A DNA stretch of 64,000 bases from Lama guanicoe (GCA_013239625.1 MU056000.1:12537175-12601174); one strand, 5' to 3'. Counted from the first letter of the stretch, positions 25,296 to 36,462 are shown. Made by a program: numbers and translations. The notes: a model not told the origin generated them from the letters alone.

Positions 25296-25444
25296 GAGGC
25301 TGGGACGTCAGCTTCCATCCCCGAATCAGGACCCTAGGACGCTGGGCGCTGCTGATGCACGGCTACCCTCCAGGGTGAATTTGGTTGTGGACAGAGGCTG
25401 AGACGTCAGCCTTGTCCACGGGCTTTTCATCTTAGGACGCTAAG
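25296..25444 (+). promoter_or_regulatory. Putative retroviral packaging signal (four GACG-tetraloop hairpins)
   Basis: Stems close GACG loops at 25304, 25338, 25402 and 25436. They lie between the candidate major splice donor (ACG|GTAAGC, 25262/25263) and gag. Confidence 0.75.
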
Positions 25445-25481
25445 CTCTGAAAACCCCCCTGTATTCTACCTTGTGTTTCAG

Positions 25482-26020
25482 GTGGGAAACCAAGAGTCTA
25501 TCCCTGCTGGGGTTCCTTTGGGCTGCATACTGGCCAACTGGGACCATTTTAATCTACAAACCCTTAAAAGAAAACACTTCTATCCTTTGGTAATGTTGCC
25601 TGGCCCCAATATCGACTTCCTTGTTAGGAAGCACGGCCTACAGATGGGAGCATAAAGTCAACCATCTTGTTCCAGCTGGAGCTCTTGTGTAAGAGACAAG
25701 GCAAACGGTCTAATACTACACATTCATGTCTTTTACTTACTGAGGGACAGCAGTGATCTCCTAGAAGGATTTCAATTAACCACTCAGGTAACGGTTACAT
25801 CTAATAACCCACTGTCCCCGACTGACACCCCCTAGCGAGGGGGATTCTCCTAAACCAACGCCCTGCCCTGCTCTCCGCACCATATACCTCTCGTTTCCCT
25901 CTTACCCAGGAAAGACGCTGCCTTCAGCTCCTCCATTACCTCTGATAGCTAACACCTGCCCCCTGGTTGAAACAGGTAGAGAATTTGGTCCTCAATTCAT
26001 GCCTAAGCCCTCGTCTCTGG
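25482..26020 (+). pseudogene. gag: Decayed ERV gag 5' part (MA through start of CA), frameshifted and truncated
   Basis: (GTG)GNQESIPAGVPLGCILANWDHFNLQTLKRKH / FGNVAWPQYRLPC*EARPTDGSIKSTILFQLELLCKRQGKRS / IHVFYLLRDSSDLL / FPSYPGKTLPSAPP...CPLVETGREFGPQFMPKPSSL. These parallel HERV-W/H Gag motifs (ILENWDQFDPQTL, AWPQY, GSI..ILQLDLFC, CPL..GEFGP). Confidence 0.88.
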
Positions 26021-26081
26021 ATTGCTCCTTTCCCCTTCCTCTCCCCCTGCCCCGTGCTCAGTTCCGTTACACTACCTAACA
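26015..26081 (-). repeat. Inverted copy of the LTR 5' (U3) terminus
   Basis: The reverse complement TGTTAGGTAGTGTA-ACGGAACTGAGCACGGGGCAGGGGGAGAGGAAGGGGAAAGGAGCAATCCAGAG aligns to 24661-24728 at 57/68 positions (hand alignment). Confidence 0.9.
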
Positions 26082-26560
26082 ACTGTTTCGTGACATGTAA
26101 AAATTATCTAAAATTCAGGTTTCAATGTCTGTTCCTAATTAGTTTCATTGGAACATGGCCAGGCCCACGCATTTACAGATTCTATCTGGCTGCTTTTGTA
26201 CTGGAAGGGGCAGAATTAGGTAGTTACCACCGAAACCAAATGGCCCACAGAGCCTAAAAATATACTATCTGACCCATTACAGAAAGAGTTTGCTGGTGGG
26301 GAGGGTAAAATCAGGGTTAAATTAGGACTAAATACATACTACTATATATAAAATAAACAACAAGGACCTACTGTATATAGTACAGGTAACTATATTCAAT
26401 TTCTTATAATAACGTATAATGGAAAAGAGTCTGAAAAGAAAATATATACCCGTATGTATGTGTATAACTGAGTCACTTTGCTGTACATCTGAAACTAACA
26501 TTGTAAATCAACTACATTTCAATAAAAAATTACTTTAAAAAAAGGGTCTGCTCACCCCTC
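26082..26560 (+). mobile_element. MER58B-like hAT element, right part (itself interrupted by an L1)
   Basis: tttcgtgacatgtaaaaattatctaaaattc...ttggaacatggcc...tggctgctttt...tggcccacagagcctaaaaatatactatctgacccattacagaaagagtttgct, resuming after the L1 as ...gtctgctcacccct. Confidence 0.82.
26295..26538 (+). mobile_element. 5'-truncated L1 3' end inside MER58
   Basis: gggagggtaaaat...aacaaggacctactgtata...ctttgctgtacatctgaaactaacattgtaaatcaactac...caataaaaaa. TSD agaaagagtttgct (26281-26294) and aaaaagggtctgct (26539-26552). Confidence 0.88.
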
Positions 26561-26718
26561 TCTAAATTCTTTGTTCCTTTATCCTCTCCTTCCATCTCTG
26601 CCACTCTCTGCCCTTCCCAGGTCTGAGGCCAGCTTGTGTCATTTAGTGTCACTACTAGTCCCCTATCTGCGGGTCAGGGTCAAAGAGGCTGTTAACCTTT
26701 TCTGCAGCAGAATGTGCT

Positions 26719-26745
26719 GGGGGTGGGGTGGGGTGGGGAGGGGGG
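26719..26745 (+). other. G-quadruplex-forming motif
   Basis: Five G-runs of 4-6 nt separated by single nucleotides. Confidence 0.65.
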
Positions 26746-27597
26746 TCAGGGCAGAACACAGCAACCTTGATTTCCACATGCAAACTAGATTTACACACCT
26801 CGGCTCCGGGAGCACATTACTTTCGTGTAGTTTGCATTCACATATTTGTTTCAGGGTTGAAGGCATATATTTTCTTAGCATTTGATTGTATATCTGGTTT
26901 TAGCAAAAAAGGCTGTGGGGCAGAAGACCAGCTTGCTACTGCTAGTTCTGTCCAGGACGCTTTGGCAGGCACATGGGAGGTTATTGCAAATTGTGGAAAC
27001 GAATGCTTGTGGATTAGGAACGAGGCAGTTGTCATTCTAGATGAGATTATATGTCTGTCAAGTTCAGACTCTCACTTCCTGAGAAGGGTCCTCTCCTAAT
27101 ATTTCACGAGTTGAAGACACATAAGCAAGCTGCAAACTGAAGCAAGGAATATGAATGCTGTCGTACAGCCCGCGGCAAAACAAGGTGATTCGGTTCTTTC
27201 CCTCTGCCCAGCAGCCATCAGCCTCTTTCGCAGGCAGTCTGCTTATTTGCTTCATGCTAGCCTAATAACCACCGAAAGTGTGATTTCTGTTAAAATTAAT
27301 CTTTTACATCACTTACTAATGTGCTGCAGAAGCCGTCAGTGGTACACAGACAACTTAAGTGAACTTCTGTTAAACAGGAAGAGGAAGATTTCATTTTGGT
27401 TTTAATATTACATTAACATATGTGAGTTTCTGAGAATGACAAAATTTTACTTTACTTTTCCCTGGGGAGATCTCAAGGAAGCCTCAACTCCCTCCAAGAA
27501 TCCAGTTTTAAACTGTGCGGTCTGCTCCATTGCCTCATTCTGTTCAATTCTAATAGGGCCAGCTGGGCTTTGATTCAATGTAGTTGGGGAAAAGGGG

Positions 27598-27650
27598 TAT
27601 GTGTGTGTTTGTGTGTGTTTGTGTGTGCGCGCGCATGTATGCACATGCAT
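27598..27650. repeat. (TG)n/(CG)n alternating purine-pyrimidine tract
   Basis: gtgtgtgtttgtgtgtgtttgtgtgtgcgcgcgcatgtatgcacatgca. Confidence 0.8.
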
Positions 27651-27707
27651 CCTCTTATAAGGAGGTAAGGACTGGCTGAGTTCTAGACTCAACTAAAGAA
27701 TGAAGGA

Positions 27708-27798
27708 ATATAACCGTTAAATGTCGTGAATCACTATGTTGTACGCCTGTAACTGACATAACATTGTACATCACCTATATCCCAATTAAAAAATAAAA
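27708..27798 (+). mobile_element. Very short L1 3' terminal insertion with perfect 14-bp TSD
   Basis: gtgaatcactatgttgtacgcctgtaactgacataacattgtacatc...caattaaaaaataaaa. TSD taaagaatgaagga at 27694-27707 and 27799-27812. Confidence 0.88.
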
Positions 27799-28089
27799 TA
27801 AAGAATGAAGGAGAAGTATCATGAAAATCTCAAATGACAACAAATAGGAAAGAATCTACATTTCAATAACTATTAGTAAAGTTTTATCTTAAGACAACCT
27901 AGTTCTGTTTCCCCATAAAGAAGAGCTTTCCAAAAGTACCCACTGAAAAGTTTGGAAACTGCATTTTTCTTCCCTGCTACCTGGGAGAAGACGAGGGTAG
28001 GGTCAGGTGAAGAGAAGAAGGGAAAGCATGGGGGAGTTTTGGAAGGAGGGAAGGACTGGGAAGGACTCTTTGTTCTATTTATACAGATT

Positions 28090-28485
28090 ACTTTTTCTTG
28101 CAACTTCTATTATGAAAAATTTCAAGGTACGGAAGAGCAGAAAGAGTGGTTCAGTGAACAGGCCTATAACCACCCAGCTAGACAAACAAATTGTTAACAT
28201 TTTCCTATATTTGCTTATTCACCCATCAATGTATCCATCCATCCAACTATCCCTTGTCCCTCTCTCTCTCCATCTCTTTGTCCATCCCTTCCCATTCCAT
28301 GCATCCATCCATGCCTCCCTTCATCTACCCATTGATCTGTTTTCCCATTTGTCTCTCTAGCACCCTTTAAAAATAAGTAGCAGATATCATCACCCTTGAT
28401 TGATAAATACTATAGCATGCATTTCTTCAAAATAGGGATATTCTGCAGCATTAACAATAATCCCTTAATATTATCAAGTATTCAT
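28090..28485 (-). mobile_element. Old L1 (L1MC-like) 3' fragment
   Basis: attatgaaaaatttcaag...aattgttaacattttcc...aagtagcagatatcatc...aaatactatagcatgcatttc. Confidence 0.65.
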
Positions 28486-28489
28486 GTTT

Positions 28490-29270
28490 ATTGAGTTTTT
28501 ATTTCAATTACTACACTTTTCACCTTGGGAAGTTCTATTTCTTTAAATTTGCCTCTTTCCAGCTTATATATTAAAGTTTCTTTTAAAACATGTCCTTTAA
28601 AAACAATTAAATATAGTTATCTATATTGTATCTAATAATTCTAATACTGAAGTTTCATATGTCTCTTTCAGCTATTTGCTTTTTTTTTTTTGCTTATTTT
28701 TATTAAGATGCCTGTTCCTTGTGTGTTTCCTGAAGTTTAAATGAGAGCTGCCCATCTTCCTTGGAAGTTTATTAGTGGGAATTCTTTGAGGTCCGATTTG
28801 AACTTGAGACCCTCCAGAAGATATATCTTGTTTCCGCTTGTAACAAAACCAAGACTGCTTTAATCCAATTCTCTGTTGAGATGTTTCAGATCAGCGTACA
28901 TGTAGACAGAAAACCCATATAAGGGCTAGACTGTCACTATGAAATCCTAAAGGAGATTTCTTTTTCATTCATCCAACACCACCTTTGAGATACAGCTGTA
29001 ATTTTTGTTTTGTTTAATTTTAGGCTTGGTCTCCTTTTGTGTGTGATGTATTTCTTGTTTCCCTTTGAGGTCTCAGCTTTAGGTAACGGTTTTCCTACTG
29101 GAGTCCAGCTTGGATGACCCTAGACTTTATTGTATCTCCAGGGTTCAGTGCAAACCCCCCAGAATGCAGCCAGTTTGGGACTGGCTTACTTTTCAAGTTT
29201 CCAGATTCCCCTTTTGGGGGATACTCTGTAGTATGCTGATTATACTTCCAGAAGGGGCAAGTCCCATAAA
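28490..29270 (-). mobile_element. Old L1/HAL1-like fragment
   Basis: gagtttttatttcaattact...aagttctattt...tctaataattctaatactgaagttt...gtgggaattctttgagg. Subfamily uncertain. Confidence 0.5.
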
Positions 29271-30589
29271 TTCTTCACTGGGATCAGGGAAAAAGATGGC
29301 TGACTTGTAGAGACAGACAGTTTCAAGGCATGACTCTAATATCCTGTCTTGTAATAGTCTAGAATCATGATTGTATACAAAATTGTGTGCCAAGATTTAC
29401 TATTTTATTGTCATAAAAATTAAATAATCATTGACTTCATCTGACCATGTACCAAATGCTCATTTTTTTCCCAGCAATGGAGGCTACACATTGTCCCGAA
29501 AGTGATGCTTTGCCCATTCCAAACCAAGGAAACTAAATAATGACCTTATTAGTAACCAGAAGATACAGTTTCTGCTCTTGATCTTTAGAGCCAGAAAATG
29601 TTTCTTTAGACCCACAAAGAGCAGATTCCATAAGGGAAGTGAGGGATGAAGATGTCTTTGAGGTTGTGATCTTTAGGATAAACTCTATAAGAAGCCAACT
29701 GTCTAGCATCTCTGACTCCTCAGATGAAGGAAGCCAAGGTCTACTAGTTGATTGTAATATTACTATTACTATTACTATTAACCAACCTGAAAATACAAAG
29801 ATGTTGGAAGGTGGAAAAATAAATCTGGCAGATCATTGTATCTATTGTAAATTTGGAATTTTCTTACCAGGTAATATTAAAAAAATTGTCTTTATTATGG
29901 TTTTTTTTATTTCAGTTTTCACTAGTGAACTCCAAACCTTTGAGGTTTTATGTATGCAATTAAGAAAATGGAATATTAGGACAGACTCCCAAGTACATTT
30001 CTTCCAGAGTGATTCCATAGTGACACTAGAAATACATGGATGGACAATTAGCTTTTTCTTTTCCCACGATGTAGGAATTCTGGTGCCTGTTTTGGTCACT
30101 TGGCTGTAATTCCATGGACTGACAGAATGTGTAGATACCAGGTTCCTGAAAATAACAGCCTTGCTTCTCTGAGAGTGGCTGAACGCAGATGTCAACCACA
30201 ACACAATCAAGTTCAAATCACTGGATAAGGATTTTATGGATCTTTTAATTCTTGAGTCCTCCTTACAAAATTCCTCAAGGATGGATGGAGAGGAAGTCCC
30301 CTTTCCAAAGTAAGATGATTGTATTTAGTATTTAAAAAAAGTTGATGACATGTCCTTCAGTACTTTCCTGGGCTTCTTTAATAAAAGTGAGAAGCCGTGA
30401 AGCAGGACTGGGTAGTGGATACTTTATGAACTGAATGAGATAAAACATCTCCCGCTCCTGGGCTTGCTCCAGAGTGCTCTGGGCCACACATTTAGCCAGA
30501 GACACCCAGTGGAGCATTAGCTTGTAGATTATCTTTGTGCACTTCATTTGAACTTACCCTTTGGCCTGGTGTTGGAGAGTTCTTGGCAC

Positions 30590-30960
30590 CAAGATTTACA
30601 AACTCGTCCATCACCAACAACCGTCTAGAAATTCTCCACTTTCTACTGTTCTCTTCCTTCTGTTCTCCTTGCTGCCATCTTGGTCTAGGCCCTTGATTCC
30701 AACCTGCCCTGGGCTCTTTATTGTTAGACTCCTGACCAGCGAGAATACCATCTCTCATCTCTCCGCACACCTGTCCACACCGTGTGTGGCACTCTGTGAA
30801 TTCCTCCAAAAGCTGCACCACTCAGGTTGCCCTGTGCTCAAAAACACTTAATGGCCCCCATGATGACTACACAGAAAACGTCCAAACTCCAAAATTTTGT
30901 TTTAAGGCCCTTCAGGATCTGGTCCTAAAATCCTCCTCCAACCTTACCTGTCTCTCACAA
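30590..30960 (+). mobile_element. L2 fragment
   Basis: Pyrimidine-rich L2-like sequence (cctgtgctcaaaaacacttaatggcccccat...aggcccttcaggatctggtcc). Confidence 0.6.
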
Positions 30961-31896
30961 CTCACTACTAAGAACCCTCTGTCTTGGTTATTTTCATTTC
31001 TTGCCTGTAACTTGCTGTTCGTATCACATTGTAAACATCAAAGCCAACAGAAATCATTAGTTTTGCAATGTGAAACCTTGGGAGAAAAGGTTAAGGGTAA
31101 ACACCAGTAGATGGAGCAAAGGTATTTAAAGATTTAATAGCTGTTATAACGCCACATAAACTTGGCACATTCTTCTTTATATTTAACTCTTTGGTCACAG
31201 TAGGTGGCTTAGACAGAGTGATGTGAACAAATCCGCCCCACCTGGAAGCAGCTGTCCACATTGTTCAGGAAGCTTTCTCTTCGTATGAATCCTTCCTCCC
31301 ACTTTCCTTCTCTGCCCTTCCTTTGAACTCTCCTCTTTGACATTTGTGATCAATAGTGCCTGCCGTCCCGTGTTCCTGAATATTCGCCATCCTTAGAACA
31401 GCTGGGTGTATTTTGATGGATGTCCCTTTGTTCAGCATGCAAACACAGAATCACTTCGGACATGATTTTCAAATGGATGAATATTCTGAGGGTTCATTAC
31501 GTGTGAGTGGTCTTGTCCATCACAGAATCCCCAGTCAGTTTTGGCAGCTTCCCATAGTCACATGTTCATTATCCTGGAATTCACTTTGTTCACTAATTCT
31601 AATCCCTAGATTCTTTTATTCTTAAAAATCTTGTGATGAGATCAATAATTTTATATTCAAATATTACCTGTTTATGTGATTTAAATCCTCGTCTTTTACT
31701 AAAATCTTTATTTTTGGTGGTATAGTCTCTCCTCCACCTAAAAGACTAATAATACATTGCTTCATTTCATTATTTGTAAAGAAATAAATGCATATATATT
31801 GAGGAGGCACACTCATATTTTTAACATTAAAAGTTTGAAGACCATTTTCTTAAACCATTGATTTGACATTTCCCATGTCTCACGATGTGAGATTAT

Positions 31897-32575
31897 CTTT
31901 TTTCGAACAGCTTTATTGGTGTATAACTTATATCCTATACATTTCCCTCATTTTAAGCATAGAATTAAATGATTTTAGGTAAATTTGCAGAGTCATGAGA
32001 CCACCAGCCCAATCCAATTTTAGCACATTTCTATTATCTCAAAAAGATCCTGAGTGTCTCTCTGCAAGGACTCCCTGTTCCTACCTCCAGCCTCAGGCAA
32101 CTAATGATCTTTCTACAGATCTGCCTTTTCTAGACTTTGGGTATAAATGAAGTCATATGATATGTCGTCTTTTGTGACTGGCTTCTTTCACTTAGCGTGT
32201 GTTTTTGAGGTTCATCCAGGTTGTAGTTTGTATTAATACCTCATTCATTTATGTTGCAGAACAATATATATGGATATCTTGTACGAATATCCTACACTTT
32301 GCTTATCCATTTACCAGTTAATGGTCATTTGGATTGTTCCACTGTTGTGGCTCTTATGAGACAGAAGTGCTGCTATGAACATTCATGTGGTCATATGTTT
32401 TTATTTCTCTTGGATAATTTCCTAAGAGGGAATTGCTGGGTCATATGCTAACTTCATGCTGAACTTTTAAAGAAGCAGCCAAACTGTTTTCCAAAGTGGC
32501 TGTGCTATGGTACATCTCACCAGCAATGCATGAGGATCCCAATTTTTCCACATCCTCATCATCAACACTTGTTAT
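31897..32575 (-). mobile_element. Old L1 (L1MB/ME-like) 3' region
   Basis: aacagctttattggtgtataac...gactggcttctttcacttagc...gccaaactgttttccaaagtggctgt...caccagcaatgcatgagg. Confidence 0.88.
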
Positions 32576-32580
32576 TTAAA

Positions 32581-33560
32581 AAAATTTTTATATATATATA
32601 TGTATTTTTATTGAAGTATGGTCAGTTTATAATGTGTCAATTTCTGGTGTACAGCATAATGCTTCAGTCATACAGAACATACATATATTAGTTTTCATAT
32701 TCTTTTTCACTATAAATTACTGCAGGATATTGGATATAGTTCCCTGTGATATATATACAGTATGAACTTGTTGTTTATCTATTTTACTTACATTAGTTAG
32801 TATCTGCAAATCTCCAACTTCCAATTATCCCTTCCCACCTGCTTCTGCCCTGGTAAGCGTAAGTTTGTTTTCTGTGTCTGTAAGTCTGTTTCTGTTTATG
32901 TCTTTTTCATTTATGTCTTTTTTTTTTTAGATTCCACATATAAGTGATAACATATGGTATTTTTCTTTCTTTCTCTGGCTTACTTCAGTTAGAATGAAAA
33001 TCTTTAGGTCCATCCATGTTTCTGCTCATTGTTTTATTTTATTATTTTTTATGGCTGAGTAGTATTCTATTGTATAAATATACCACAACTTCTTTATCCA
33101 GTCATCTGTCGATGGACATTTAGGTTACTTCCATGTCTTGGCTATTGTAAATAGTGCTACTATGAACATTGGGGTGCATGTAACTTTTTGAATTAAGGTT
33201 TCCTCTTGCTATATGCCCAAGTGTGGGGTTCCTGGATCATATGGTAAGTCTATTTTTTGTCTTTTGAGGAATCTCCGTAATGTTTTCCATAACAGCTGCA
33301 CCATTCCCATCATCATCCCTTTTCTCCACAGCCTCTCCAGCATTTATTGTTTGTGGACTTTTGAATGATGGCCATTCTGACGGGTGTGAGGTGATACCTC
33401 ATTGTAGTTTTGATTTGGATTTCTCTGAGAATTAGCAATATTGAAAATTTTTTTCATGTGCCTGTTGGCCATTTGTATGTCTTCATTGGAGAATTGCTTA
33501 TTTAGGTCCTCTGCCCATTTTTGGATTGGGTTGTTTGTTTTTTTCTTATTAAGTTATATG
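32581..33560 (-). mobile_element. Younger L1 3' region (ORF2 end and 3' UTR)
   Basis: ttgaagtatggtcagtttataatg...ccagtcatctgtcgatggacatttaggttacttccatgtcttggctattgtaaatagtgc...gtgaggtgatacctcattgtagttttgattt. Confidence 0.92.
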
Positions 33561-33989
33561 AGGGTCATTCACATAATGGTGGCCCAAACTGTCCAAAAGG
33601 ATAATGATTTCTTTGATTACATGGAAAAATAGTTTCATGTTTTATCTCAGAAATGTATAAACTCGAGTGCGCACAGTCACCATGCTGGTAGCATACATGT
33701 GTAACTTGCGTTGACTTTAGGAAAATAGAGAGTAATGGAGACACTAAGCCTTACTTTAAAAAGACATCTAAGTTCATTAAGAATAATCACTGTTCAGGCC
33801 AAGGAAATTTATTTATCACTGGATTCAACCTGCAGAGATACCAGATTGACACCCATGTAGATGTATAACAGATACTCCAGCACAGTGCCTAATTCTGAAG
33901 TCAGCCTACCTCTCAGGGTATGTTTCCCCACACTCTGATGCTATGAGGGTCTTCTATGAGAGATTCCACAACCTTCAAATAAGTCTTCG

Positions 33990-34440
33990 TGTCTCAAGCT
34001 CTCCATAGCCTATTCAGCTTCAGCCAGAGGTATCTTTTTGAATGAGACCCTGCTGATGACACCAGCACCCTTCAAGCCCTTCAGAGACTCTTCCCTACTC
34101 TTTAGATCAACTTGAAATGCTCCAACATAGCCCACTCACCAGGGGGACTGACCTGAGCTGCTTTCAACCATGCCAACGCCCAGCTCACATTCTCATCACT
34201 AGCTCTTTGCTCCCGTGATTTCATCTTCCAGGGAGATTCCCTCATCCTGGGGCTTCCACCTTCAGCTTGCAATTCCCACTCATCCCTCTCAGCTCATATT
34301 TAATACAACCCCTCCTAGAACTCCCATAGGACCCCACATTGCTCTGATCAGAGCACATTTCACATTTGATTGCAATTTCCTCTTTCCTAGCTCAATTTCT
34401 CTGCTATCTGAGGGCAAGGACTATGTGGAACTCATTCACT
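33990..34440 (+). mobile_element. L2 fragment
   Basis: cagccagaggtatcttttt...cccactcatccctctcagctcatattt...ctgagggcaaggactatgt. Confidence 0.55.
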
Positions 34441-36462
34441 AGTGGATTTTCAGTGACCAGAGCTTTTGGTTGCATAGAAGAACCCACCACAGACCGTTTG
34501 GTACTTCAAGTGAATTGATGTGTAAGAGGTCTGCAGCAGCAGCCTGGAGAATAACCCCACATGATGGTGAAGAGTCAGTCAGCCAAGGAGAAAGGGTGTA
34601 ATAAAACCCCCATATATCTGCAGGCAAAGTTGATATCTGATTTTTCACTCATGTTCTCCTCTGAGTTTGCTGCTTGAGAAACATCATTTTTTCCCCCTAG
34701 CATCAGGTTTACTGTCACTGCTCAATGAAACGATATCTGGAGACTGGAGATGAGAAACTCGATGGTGCAATTCCAAGCTGTGGAATCTTCCATATTATCT
34801 GATTGGTCTTCTCACTTCTCACTTTATGGCTGTGCCCTTGAGCAACTCACTTCCTTCTACAGAGTCCCTGGAGAATGCTAAGCACTTACCTAACATACCT
34901 TTTTCTATGATATGCAAAGTGATGGTTACCAAATCATGGGCTTAATCTTTGCCTGAGGAAACTCAGGGCTGGGGGTGGTGGAGATCTGTGAATGCCAAAA
35001 ATATGACTTTAATTTCTCGCTTTGAAGGGCTTAGGTCGTCTGCAAACCTGTCTGGTCTTATACATTGGCTTAACTTTCATTTGGAAGAGGAAGTTATGCT
35101 TAGGGCTGATGTGTTTAAAATGACTTTTAAAAACTTGACTTTAAATGACATCTGACATCTGCATCCTGTCTTGATGACTCGATCTTGGGCTTCGAGTCTT
35201 GAGAGTCTCAGGAGATGTGAACTGATGATGGAAGTGCTTTTGGCTACACCTTTCTCCCCTCTTCCATGGGTGGGATCAGACCTCTTTCATAGAGCTTGCC
35301 AGGTAAATTCTCCAAATTCTGGGATGAGTAAAATCCTGCCTGGATGCCGCTCTTTCAAATCATCTCCTGTGGGGCTGTTGGCAAGACCACAAAGCAGATG
35401 ATGAATTGAGGAGATGCTTATCTTTGGTGTTAGGATTTCCTCAATCTTAAACTCTTGAGAGTCAAAAAAAAAAAGGCCGGGGAAAGAAAAAGGAGTTCTG
35501 ATTTAAGAATTACTAATTAGCATGGAATTAATTTAATAATATTGTAACACTATTTGGCATAATTGAAGAATGAGGGGCTTCCTATTAAGTGAATTTATTA
35601 AGGGATCTTACCCTATTAAACATTAAAACATACAATTAATTATGTTTACCACAACAGAACATACTTCCCTACCTTATTAGGCATTTTATAAAAGCTCGGT
35701 GGAATGCTATTCTGGTAACTTAGGCTCATCGTAAGAAATGCCAGAAATTGCTCTGTGATTTAATGCATTTATGTATCCAGAGCCTCTGCCCAGCTGTGTA
35801 GGTCTAGCTGATCCTTCATGAAATGGCTCCAGGCTGCTGCCTATTTTCCCTCTCCTAAGTCTGGGGTCTGTTTTTTTAAGAAGAGTTTTTATGTCTCATT
35901 CATGCTGTTAGGTTGTGACCTCTTGCTTCCTTCTGCAAATGCTGGATTGCTTTTAGCGGTCCACTCCCCATTCCTTCTTCTGTGTCTGTAGCTTCAGATC
36001 TTATGATGGGCTCGACAGTTAGATCTTGGAGTTTGTTAAATCCTACATAAGAGTGATTAGGCATAGAGATAACCGCCTAGGGCTAAAATAGGGGACATTT
36101 AGTCAATGGAATGTGTTATATCTGACTTAGCTAGTTTTTTAAGTTCTAGGCTTCTTTTCTGTTGTAGGTAACTGAAGATATTTGACAGGTAAACTCTATA
36201 AAATTGATGTGTTCTTTCATTACATCTGAATAGATGACTGGTCAAAGTAGAGAACTGTCAAATGAATCCCTACTTTCAGTTTTTCCTTCAGGCTTTGAGG
36301 ATGATCATGAGGAGAGAGAGGGAAAAGGAAAGTGAGAGTGGGAGAAGAGAATGAACATCACAGGGATTCCTCAGAGGCCCAGGGCCCAGTTTTTAATCTT
36401 CCAGAAATCCAATTTTTTAATTCACCCAGAGGTTATCAGACTGTAAAATAAATCACACGAAC

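Larger units (their letters stand above)
24661..26081 (+). mobile_element. Class I (gamma-like, tRNA-His primed) ERV derivative: 5' LTR, PBS, leader, gag 5' part and an inverted U3 end
   Basis: Starts with TG at 24661 and ends with CA at 26081. Flanked by acta (24657-24660) and actg (26082-26085). Components are listed separately below. Confidence 0.88.

Noticed and set aside
24721..25444. CRISPR-like repeat-spacer array (32-bp and 17-bp repeats)
   Set aside because: Eukaryotic DNA, only two copies of each repeat, and both are explained as U3 repeats and packaging hairpins.
24661..26081. DNA transposon defined by 68-bp terminal inverted repeats
   Set aside because: No transposase. The interior is clearly retroviral (LTR, PBS, gag) and the 4-bp TSD fits a retroviral integrase.
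29639..30216. 156-aa (+) and 124-aa (-) ORFs, and a GT...AG segment at 29871-29915
   Set aside because: Non-ATG starts, no recognisable domain and an included (ATTACT)n repeat. The 45-nt segment is too short for a mammalian intron.
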